Positions 27,678 through 35,121 of a stretch of DNA of 64,000 nt are shown here, in pieces (within the stretch, counting starts at the first letter, position 1; every line of letters starts with the position of its first letter). The DNA is taken from positions 3,536-67,535 of the forward strand of contig CAZRHE010000007.1 in the NCBI GenBank assembly GCA_964599875.1, read 5' to 3'. Below the pieces are notes generated by a model, which had not been told where the DNA came from, did no database searches, and saw only the letters and a list, made by a program, of their open reading frames with translations. The translations under genes and the position numbers were made by a program. This DNA comes from an uncultured Bacteroidaceae bacterium. GTDB taxonomy: Bacteria; Bacillota; Clostridia; Christensenellales; CAG-917.

Positions 27678-28268
27678 CTAATATTTTTTTGCTTTTTCAT
27701 AGTTATTGTTTTCTTCATCAACTTGCTGTTTATACCATTCTTCGACAGTTGCTTTATCAGATTTATACTTGCTATTGAGAATATCTTTTTCGCGATAATA
27801 ATCCTCCTCGCTCATTGACGTTGGATTGCTCTTAAAAAAATCAATCTCATTGTTGGCACTACAATAGTTTTCGATATAGTCCATAAACTGCTTGTTTTTT
27901 AATAACGAGTGTTTATTAATATTACGGAATTCACACAATTCGTTACCAAACGCAGTTACAATATCAAAATCAAGTAAAAAATCTTCAATATTGCGCCGAA
28001 TACTTAAAATGTTGTTATTTAACGCTGATATGCGATTATTAATAATGGACTCTAACACGGTTCCACTTGCTCTAAACGATAATTCAATATAATTAAGCTC
28101 ATCATTATACTTTTTATCTAAATCACAAATATACTCGTCATACTTGCATTTAATATCATAAAGGTTTCTTTCATGCTCTTCTAATAACTTTTCAATTTCT
28201 TTTGAATCAGAAACAACAGGATTAGGCATAATCCCAGAACAATTAATAAATTCGTTCAAATATGGCAT
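27678..28268 (-). CDS. hypothetical helix-rich protein
   Basis: AT-rich ORF. ATG 28268 (MPYLNEF..) is preceded by GGGGTGGGGAAGGA; the track start at 28280 is GTG. No family recognised and no HPD (J-domain) motif. Confidence 0.6.
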   Translation of the reverse strand: MPYLNEFINCSGIMPNPVVSDSKEIEKLLEEHERNLYDIKCKYDEYICDLDKKYNDELNYIELSFRASGTVLESIINNRISALNNNILSIRRNIEDFLLDFDIVTAFGNELCEFRNINKHSLLKNKQFMDYIENYCSANNEIDFFKSNPTSMSEEDYYREKDILNSKYKSDKATVEEWYKQQVDEENNNYEKAKKY

Positions 28269-28335
28269 ATCCTTCCCCACCCCTAAACAATTTTACGCAA
28301 GTGTGCCCAAAGCGATAATTCACTTTAGTGAACTC

Positions 28336-28364
28336 ATAATAGCATATCAAAACATTAAAGTCAA
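28336..28364 (-). promoter_or_regulatory. near-consensus sigma-A promoter of the four-gene Hsp70-like operon
   Basis: Minus strand reads TTGACT (28364-28359), 17 nt, TATTAT (28341-28336), with TGC immediately upstream of the -10 (extended -10). Confidence 0.7.
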
Positions 28365-28367
28365 TGC

Positions 28368-28404
28368 ACTATAGTAAATTTATCGCAAAATTATTTACTA
28401 TAGT
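28368..28404. promoter_or_regulatory. perfect 12-bp inverted repeat (candidate XRE operator)
   Basis: ACTATAGTAAAT (28368-28379), 13-nt spacer, ATTTACTATAGT (28393-28404). It sits directly upstream of the operon -35 and ends 14 nt before the XRE gene ATG. Confidence 0.65.
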
Positions 28405-28418
28405 TTATCGTTTTATTT

Positions 28419-28628
28419 ATGAAAAACTGTTTCCCGCAAAGACTGAAAGAATTGCTGAAATTCGAGAATATTTCACAAAAAGAGTTCGCGCTCAAAGTCG
28501 GCGTGTCGCAATCTTGCGTTACGTTTTGGCTGAAAGGCGAGCGTCAACCCACGGCGGAAAACATTTATTCCATATCAAAGGCTTATTCAGTGTCGTCCGA
28601 CTATCTTTTGGGGCTGGACGAATTCTGA
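28419..28628 (+). CDS. XRE-family helix-turn-helix transcriptional regulator
   Basis: 69 aa: QRLKELLKFENISQKEFALKVGVSQSCVTFWLKGERQPTAENIYSISKAYSVSSDYLLG is a classic Cro/C1 HTH. No Shine-Dalgarno is visible upstream, so it may be leaderless or weakly translated. Confidence 0.8.
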   Translation: MKNCFPQRLKELLKFENISQKEFALKVGVSQSCVTFWLKGERQPTAENIYSISKAYSVSSDYLLGLDEF

Positions 28629-28799
28629 TATCTAATGCGGTATTTTGAATTTTAATCTGCTATCTAACGGCGGATTTAATTTGGCGGGTTCATTCGGGAT
28701 TTATCGAGAGAAATCATAAAAATTTATCAAGCGAAATCATCCGCTTTTCGTCGTTTTCACACTTATTTCAAGACGCAAAACTTTTTTGCGACAATTAAG

Positions 28800-28828
28800 T
28801 TGATAAAACTTTATCGATATGATAAAAT
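28800..28828 (+). promoter_or_regulatory. sigma-A type promoter of the NifU-like/GGGtGRT operon
   Basis: TTGATA, 17 nt, TAAAAT, with TGA immediately upstream of the -10. An AGGAGG RBS follows at about 28856. Confidence 0.6.
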
Positions 28829-28870
28829 ATTCCCCGTTATAAATAAAACACTTTTAGGAGGCATCAAAGT

Positions 28871-29572
28871 ATGCAATATTCTCGTGAAGTACAAGAAATG
28901 TGTTGCGTCGCCAAAGGGCCTAACCACGGTCCCGCTCCCATCCCCGAAGAAGGCAAATGGGTTCAGGCAAAGGAAATCAAGGACATCAGCGGTCTTACCC
29001 ACGGCGTAGGCTGGTGCGCACCTCAACAAGGCGCATGCAAACTCACCCTCAACGTCAAAGACGGCATCATTCAAGAAGCGTTGGTTGAAACTCTCGGCTG
29101 CTCGGGCATGACCCACTCCGCGGCAATGGCGGCAGAAATCCTCGCCGGCAAGACCCTTCTCGAAGCACTCAACACCGACCTCGTTTGCGACGCTATCAAC
29201 ACCGCAATGAGAGAATTGTTCCTCCAAATCGTCTACGGCAGAACGCAATCCGCATTCTCCGAGGGCGGACTCGTCATCGGCGCAGGTCTTGAAGACCTCG
29301 GCAAAGGCACCAGAAGCCAAATCGGCACGATGTACTCCACCGTCGCAAAAGGCCCCCGCTACCTCGAAATGGCTGAAGGTTACGTCACCAAAATCGCGCT
29401 CGACGAAAACGACGAAATCATCGGTTATCAATTCTGCAAACTCGGCGTCTTTATGGAAATGATTAAGAAGGGCGTCGACGCAAACGAAGCACTCGCAAAA
29501 TGCACCGGCACTTACGGCAGATATAAGGCGGAAGACGGCGCAGTCAAGTGGATCGATCCCAGACACGAATAA
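28871..29572 (+). CDS. NifU/IscU N-terminal-like iron-sulfur scaffold-domain protein
   Basis: 233 aa. GWCAPQQGACKLTLNVKDGIIQEALVETLGCSGMTHSAAMAAEILAGKTLLEAL follows the IscU pattern (C..CGD..V.dg.I.da.F...GC....AS.S...E...GKT..EAL). Confidence 0.7.
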   Translation: MQYSREVQEMCCVAKGPNHGPAPIPEEGKWVQAKEIKDISGLTHGVGWCAPQQGACKLTLNVKDGIIQEALVETLGCSGMTHSAAMAAEILAGKTLLEALNTDLVCDAINTAMRELFLQIVYGRTQSAFSEGGLVIGAGLEDLGKGTRSQIGTMYSTVAKGPRYLEMAEGYVTKIALDENDEIIGYQFCKLGVFMEMIKKGVDANEALAKCTGTYGRYKAEDGAVKWIDPRHE

Positions 29573-29583
29573 GGAGGCACACC

Positions 29584-30588
29584 ATGAGCATCACTTTTGA
29601 AGGCTATGAAAGAAGAATAGACAAAATCAACTCCGTGCTCGCAGAATACGGCATCGCAAGCATTGAGGACGCAAAACAGGTTTGCACCGATAAGGGTATC
29701 GACGTCGAAGGTATCGTCAAAGGTATCCAACCCATCGCATTCGAAAACGCAGTTTGGGCATACACCGTCGGTTGCGCTATCGCAATCAAAAAAGGTTGCG
29801 CAAACGCGGCAGACGCGGCTGAAGCAATCGGCATCGGTCTTCAATCCTTCTGCATCCCCGGCTCCGTTGCAGAACAACGTCAAGTCGGTCTTGGTCACGG
29901 CAACCTCGCGGCAATGCTCCTTCGTGAAGAAACCAAATGCTTTGCATTCCTCGCAGGTCACGAATCTTTCGCGGCGGCAGAAGGCGCAATCGGCATCGCA
30001 AGAACGGCTAACAAAGTCCGCAAACAACCCCTTAAAGTCATCCTCAACGGTCTTGGCAAGGACGCGGCGTTCATCATCTCTCGTATAAACGGCTTCACCT
30101 ACGTTCAAACCAAAATGGACTACTACACCGGCGAAGTCGCAATCGTCAAAGAAACCGCATACTCCAAGGGCGAAAGAGCCGCTGTCCGCGTTTACGGCGC
30201 AGACGACGTCACCGAAGGCGTTGCAATCATGCGTCTTGAAGACGTCGACGTTTCCATCACCGGCAACTCCACCAACCCTACCCGCTTCCAACACCCCGTC
30301 GCAGGCACTTATAAGAAATGGTGCGTCGACCACGGCAAGAAGTACTTCTCCGTAGCATCCGGCGGTGGCACGGGCAGAACCCTTCACCCCGACAACATGG
30401 CGGCAGGTCCCGCGTCTTACGGCATGACCGACACCATGGGCAGAATGCACTCCGACGCACAATTCGCAGGCTCCTCTTCCGTCCCTGCACACGTCGAAAT
30501 GATGGGCTTAATCGGCATGGGCAACAACCCCATGGTCGGAGCAAGCGTGGCTTGCGCAGTCGCAGTACAAGAAGCACTTACGAAATAA
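29584..30588 (+). CDS. GGGtGRT-family protein (conserved, function unknown)
   Basis: Contains the eponymous motif SGGGTGRTLHP. ATG 29584 is preceded by AAGGAGG; the track start at 29548 overlaps the upstream gene. Confidence 0.8.
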   Translation: MSITFEGYERRIDKINSVLAEYGIASIEDAKQVCTDKGIDVEGIVKGIQPIAFENAVWAYTVGCAIAIKKGCANAADAAEAIGIGLQSFCIPGSVAEQRQVGLGHGNLAAMLLREETKCFAFLAGHESFAAAEGAIGIARTANKVRKQPLKVILNGLGKDAAFIISRINGFTYVQTKMDYYTGEVAIVKETAYSKGERAAVRVYGADDVTEGVAIMRLEDVDVSITGNSTNPTRFQHPVAGTYKKWCVDHGKKYFSVASGGGTGRTLHPDNMAAGPASYGMTDTMGRMHSDAQFAGSSSVPAHVEMMGLIGMGNNPMVGASVACAVAVQEALTK

Positions 30589-30642
30589 TTTGTAAGTGAG
30601 CAACGCATATTGCTTTGCAAGCATAGTTGAATCAAAAATCAT

Positions 30643-30671
30643 AAAAGGCACTTCTCGCGAAGTGCCTTTTT
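30643..30671 (+). terminator. rho-independent terminator
   Basis: AAAAGGCACTTC-TCGC-GAAGTGCCTTTTT. Confidence 0.8.
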
Positions 30672-30828
30672 GATACGCTTTTTGAGGTTTACTTTTTAAT
30701 CAGTGCTTGCATTTAAAAAAGGACGTTTAGGATTAATTTCCCGCTAAACAACCGCCCGACTCTTAATCATGTTGTACCCTACGTATAATTCACGTCAAAA
30801 ACAACATAGAACATACATTTCAAGAGAT

Positions 30829-30859
30829 AGAAAAACGCACCGCTAAATTGCGGTGCGTC
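30829..30859 (-). terminator. rho-independent terminator
   Basis: Minus strand reads GACGCACCGC-AATTTA-GCGGTGCGT followed by TTTTTC. Confidence 0.8.
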
Positions 30860-30877
30860 AAATGATTTCAAATTCGA

Positions 30878-31834
30878 TTATTGCGCGCGGACGACGTCGG
30901 TTTGTGCGTAGTACTTCAACGCCTTTATGCTGTCTTCCGCATCAACTCTGGTTTCCTTCTTGGGTCCGAGATAAGTGTTGATCTTGCGGACGAGCACGAA
31001 GTGATAAGAGCCTTGGTCGCCTTCGACGGAGAATTGACCTGCAAGCACGTGCTTTTTGAAACGCTTGACCGCGTCTTTGCAATATTGCTCGCTTGCGTAG
31101 TTGAAACTCTCGTACAGGAGATTGTCCTTGTTGTCGTAGAGAGTGAAGAAATATTCGCCGTCTTCGGTATGTTCGATGATATATTGTCCGTAGATGATTG
31201 CGATATCCAATCCGCTTGCTTGCTTTTTGATAGGCGCGCGTTTCGCAAGGGGTTTGTCCGAAAGAGGCGCCGCGGGGGATTTGATTTTGCGGACGATGGT
31301 TTCTTGAGGAGGCAGATACATCTTTTGAACGTACACGGGGGGCTTGCCTTCGTAGTAGCACACGTCGATGGGATCGTAGTAGTAGCCTTCGTATTCGCCG
31401 TCGTAGTTGGACCAGTCGCCTTGACGGTCTTCGACGGGAACTGCGTTTGCCGCGATGGGATTTTCTTCGGAAAGTTGTTCGTTCTTCGCAGGCGCGGGAG
31501 TTGCGGTTGCCGCCACAGGTGCGGGTGCCTCCTCTTTTGCCTCGACGGGAGCGGGAACTTCTTCTATCGCCTCGAGAGGAATATCCTCTGCCGCGACGGC
31601 GGGAGTTTCCTCGACGGGAGCGACGTAATCGGGCTCGTTAGCATAAGTTGCTAATTCAGCCTTAATCTCCGCTTCTACATCGACGTCGTTCTTTCCTTTA
31701 ACGGAAGCGACGATTGCCAAAACAATGGCAAGAACGATTGCTACCGCAATGACTCCGAGGACGATATAACCTTCCAAGCCCTCGAAAATCCCGGTAACGC
31801 TCAATGACAACAAATTGAAAATCGAACTCGGCAT
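30878..31834 (-). CDS. membrane-anchored protein with an Ala/Pro/Glu-rich linker and tandem YegP (DUF1508)-like repeats
   Basis: N-terminal TM segment (GYIVLGVIAVAIVLAIVLAIVASV), a PAPVEAKEEAPAPVAATATPAPA linker, and C-terminal GEYFFTLYDNKDNLLYESFNYASEQYCKDAVKRFKKHV plus GSYHFVLVRK.. repeats. ATG 31834 follows GAAGGGG. Confidence 0.6.
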   Translation of the reverse strand: MPSSIFNLLSLSVTGIFEGLEGYIVLGVIAVAIVLAIVLAIVASVKGKNDVDVEAEIKAELATYANEPDYVAPVEETPAVAAEDIPLEAIEEVPAPVEAKEEAPAPVAATATPAPAKNEQLSEENPIAANAVPVEDRQGDWSNYDGEYEGYYYDPIDVCYYEGKPPVYVQKMYLPPQETIVRKIKSPAAPLSDKPLAKRAPIKKQASGLDIAIIYGQYIIEHTEDGEYFFTLYDNKDNLLYESFNYASEQYCKDAVKRFKKHVLAGQFSVEGDQGSYHFVLVRKINTYLGPKKETRVDAEDSIKALKYYAQTDVVRAQ

Positions 31835-31999
31835 TTCTACATACCCCTTCATAATATCTATTATTATGCATTCTATCACAACCTTCCGCGTTAATCAATC
31901 ATTTTTTACATATTTTTGATTGATAAATTTATAATATGCGCGAAAAGACGTCGAAATCACCCAAAATTATAATAATTTTGCAAGCGTTTTAGCAGAGAT

Positions 32000-33550
32000 T
32001 TAAGCAATGGCAAAGGACAAAACCTGCACGACGAGGAAACAAGTCGTCAAAACGAGGGCTATAATTTTCTTCGTGCGCTTTGTCAAAAACACGAAATCAG
32101 AGCACGCAAGACACCCTATTATCCAAAATACCATAAAGACGACCGCTATCTCGATATTCAGTTGCGCCCATTCGATATTTCCCACGAATTCCACCCATTT
32201 GATAAACGGAAACAGCAACGGTTGCATAACGAAAGTTACGCCCCAAAGCGTCGTTATTTGCGCAAACAGGGTGATAAACAGCAAAATCAGATAGATAAAC
32301 ATTAGATACGGTAAAATAACGAGGTTAGACGCGATAAATAATAACGGCACCGTCCCGAAGAAATTCGCGGCAAACGGCATGCTAATTAGGTTTGCGGAAA
32401 AACTCAAAGAACAACTTTCTACAAGGCGTTTGCCGATATTTCGTTTCGGACTAATCTTCTCTACCGCCCTCATTCCGAGATTGTTAAGCGGTCTGTACGC
32501 AATGAAAATTCCGAGTACCGAGGACACGGACAACAAGAATCCTACGCTCAATATATTGGTCGGATTGACTATAAGCAATATACTCGTCGCAAGCGCAAGA
32601 CTTGAAAGGTTGTCTTGTTTTAATCCGTTTGCGGATGCGTAATTTAGAACGAAAGTCATCACGAACGCACGCAGGGACGACGGAGTAAACGAGCAAAGCA
32701 TGGAATATAGGAAGGTCAAAATCGTTACGACTATAAGTGAAGTTTTCGGTTTGACTTTGAGTTTCTTCAAGAGAAAATACAAGGCGGAAGCAAGAGTCGT
32801 TATATGCAATCCGCTGACGGCAAGCACGTGCGCAAGTCCGCTCACCTGCACGTCTTCCATCAAGTCGTCGTCCATGCCGAATTTATCGCCGAGAACAAGA
32901 GCCTGACAAATCGCGGAAGTTTTCGAATCCAAGTTTTCGTAAAACATTCTTTTGATATTAAGTTGCAGACTACGAGGAAATCCGGGTTTTCCGCTTGCAA
33001 GTTTGGTAACCGCCGAAGTGTTTGAAAACGCGCGATAGTAATACTCAGACGAATATGCGGCAGAGTGGCTCGTATCGAATCTTTCGTGGTCGTTGCTAAC
33101 AACCTTTGCAGTGAAGATGATGATATCTCCCGCGCCGTAATCGGGAGTATCCGTTCCGCTCAAAAACACCTTTGCCCTGCCGTCCACCGCCGTTCCGTTA
33201 ATCCAAAGGTCTTTTACGTAAAACTCCGTGCGCTCGCCTACGACTATTTCGCTATCGACTTTACACTCTACGACGGCATAGTCGTCAATCTGCACGACCC
33301 TTGCGTCGTAAATATCGTTTGCGCCCGTCAACGCGAGAAAGCCCACGAGAAAAGCAATCGCCATATAGCAAAACTTGCGAGTTTTGCGAAAAGAAAACAG
33401 TCCTATCGCAACGAGTGCGGAAAGGACTGCGGGTATCAGATAATAGTATTGATTTACGCCGTAGAGAGATTCTGCGACGATAAGTCCGACAATGATAAAC
33501 AGCGCGACGAAACAAGTCGGACGGTTGTTGATTAGTCGCGCGCGTTTCAT
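32000..33550 (-). CDS. comEC: ComEC/Rec2-family competence membrane protein (no metallo-beta-lactamase domain)
   Basis: 516 aa, polytopic, with the conserved LAHVLAVSGLHI motif. Confidence 0.75.
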   Translation of the reverse strand: MKRARLINNRPTCFVALFIIVGLIVAESLYGVNQYYYLIPAVLSALVAIGLFSFRKTRKFCYMAIAFLVGFLALTGANDIYDARVVQIDDYAVVECKVDSEIVVGERTEFYVKDLWINGTAVDGRAKVFLSGTDTPDYGAGDIIIFTAKVVSNDHERFDTSHSAAYSSEYYYRAFSNTSAVTKLASGKPGFPRSLQLNIKRMFYENLDSKTSAICQALVLGDKFGMDDDLMEDVQVSGLAHVLAVSGLHITTLASALYFLLKKLKVKPKTSLIVVTILTFLYSMLCSFTPSSLRAFVMTFVLNYASANGLKQDNLSSLALATSILLIVNPTNILSVGFLLSVSSVLGIFIAYRPLNNLGMRAVEKISPKRNIGKRLVESCSLSFSANLISMPFAANFFGTVPLLFIASNLVILPYLMFIYLILLFITLFAQITTLWGVTFVMQPLLFPFIKWVEFVGNIEWAQLNIEIAVVFMVFWIIGCLACSDFVFLTKRTKKIIALVLTTCFLVVQVLSFAIA

Positions 33551-33889
33551 TTAGGGCCTTCCGGTCACCACAATCGAAGTTTGAATACCGAGAGGATTGC
33601 TCTCGACCAAATCCCCTATCTTGCAATCCGCGGGGACGGTCAACGTGCCGATATAATCGGTGAGGTCGAAAAGTTTTCCTTTCGGGACGGGGCAAGTAGT
33701 TTTGACGGACGCCACTCCACCGCCCGCCATTTTTACGAGAGTGGTGAGAGTGCGTTCGGGGGACTTAAATTCTTGTTCACCGTACTTTCTGCCGCGAGGA
33801 CAGGTGTTTCCGCTGACGGACACGACGCCGTCTTTTTCTTCTATCGTCAAAGGGCACCCCATGGGGCACATTATGCAAATCGTATTCAT
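33551..33889 (-). CDS. DUF1667 domain-containing protein
   Basis: 112 aa with CIMCPMGCPL..VSGNTCPRG cysteine motifs. ATGA overlap with the upstream gene. Confidence 0.75.
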   Translation of the reverse strand: MNTICIMCPMGCPLTIEEKDGVVSVSGNTCPRGRKYGEQEFKSPERTLTTLVKMAGGGVASVKTTCPVPKGKLFDLTDYIGTLTVPADCKIGDLVESNPLGIQTSIVVTGRP

Positions 33890-35121
33890 TTCAACCTCAC
33901 GACAACGTCGCCGTTCAAATCGGCGCGTTTCACTTTTACGTTCTCCATTTCACCGGGAGAAAGAATCATAGTTTTGCGGGAATAGATTTCTTTTCCGTCA
34001 CATTCGACTACGAGGCGTTTATTCTTGTACACGTCGCCGACGCGGAGGAAAATTTGAACTTCGCCGTCGTCGCCTTTATGTATGCGTTGAGGAAGTGCGT
34101 ATCTGACGCCGTCTGCGCCCGACACTTTGACGGTAGGAGTCAAGTCGAGTTTTCCAAACGCGTAATCCGCCGCGCTTGCGCCTGCGGTTTCAGCCTCGTG
34201 AGACACGTTGTCGACAAGGTCGTGCACGTGCAAGACGTTTCCGCAAGAGAACAAACCTTCAAGAGAAGTCATTCTATGCTCGTCCACGACTGCGCCCGAA
34301 GTTATCGGGGACATCTCGACGTCAAGTCCGCCGAGCAAGTCGTTTTCAGGAATCAAACCGACCGAAAGCAAGAGAGTGTCGCATTCGATATACTCCTCTT
34401 TTTCCATAATAGGACGGCGGTTTTCGTCTACGGGTGCATAATAAAGCCCCGTCAAACGAGGACTTCCGACGAGTCTTGTAATCGTGTGGGAGTATTTGAG
34501 CGGAATATTAAAGTCGTTAAGGCATTGCACGATATTGCGTTTGAGTCCGCTCGAATAAGGCATAAGTTCGAGAACGAGTTTAACGTCCGCGCCCTCGAGC
34601 GTCATTCTGCGCGCCATGATAAGACCGATATCCCCGCTGCCGAGAATAACGACTTTCTTGCCCACGAGATAGCCTTCTATATTGCAAAGTTTTTGCGCCA
34701 TACCCGCCGTGTACACGCCTGCGGGACGGGTGCCCGGGAGAGTGATTGCGCCTGCGGTGCGCTCTCTGCATCCCATTGCAAGCACGACCGCTTTCGCACT
34801 GACGGTGATATAACCTTCGGGAGACAAAACTTTGAGAGTTTTATCCTCGCTTATAGACAACACCATACTGTTGAGCATGACGTCGATTTTCTTTTCTTTC
34901 ACGAGGATGGCAAAGCGATTTGCGTATTCGGGTCCCGTCAACTCCTCACCGAAGTAGTGCAGCCCGAATCCTGCGTGGATACATTGATTAAGGATTCCGC
35001 CAAGACGAACGTCTCTTTCGATCATAAGGACTTTCGCGCCTTTTTTGAACGCTTCGAGTGCAGCCGCCATACCTGCGGGACCGCCGCCGATTATTGCAAC
35101 GTCGTATTTAAGTTCAGTCAT
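33886..35121 (-). CDS. FAD/NAD(P)-dependent pyridine nucleotide-disulfide oxidoreductase
   Basis: 411 aa with two Rossmann dinucleotide motifs (DVAIIGGGPAGMAAA and VVILGSGDIGL). Confidence 0.8.
   Translation of the reverse strand: MTELKYDVAIIGGGPAGMAAALEAFKKGAKVLMIERDVRLGGILNQCIHAGFGLHYFGEELTGPEYANRFAILVKEKKIDVMLNSMVLSISEDKTLKVLSPEGYITVSAKAVVLAMGCRERTAGAITLPGTRPAGVYTAGMAQKLCNIEGYLVGKKVVILGSGDIGLIMARRMTLEGADVKLVLELMPYSSGLKRNIVQCLNDFNIPLKYSHTITRLVGSPRLTGLYYAPVDENRRPIMEKEEYIECDTLLLSVGLIPENDLLGGLDVEMSPITSGAVVDEHRMTSLEGLFSCGNVLHVHDLVDNVSHEAETAGASAADYAFGKLDLTPTVKVSGADGVRYALPQRIHKGDDGEVQIFLRVGDVYKNKRLVVECDGKEIYSRKTMILSPGEMENVKVKRADLNGDVVVRLK

Noticed and set aside
24469-28628. The AT-rich island as a prophage remnant, IS or integrative element.
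   Set aside because: No integrase, transposase, recombinase, terminal inverted repeats or flanking direct repeats were found by eye, and there are no phage structural or replication genes. Foreign origin remains likely from composition, but the mobility mechanism is not visible.
28811-30492. Two long minus-strand ORFs (251 aa and 326 aa) opposite the NifU-like and GGGtGRT genes.
   Set aside because: Their composition is Cys/Ala/Gly/Val/Asp-rich and repetitive, with no RBS. The plus strand carries family-defining motifs, a promoter, RBSs and a terminator.
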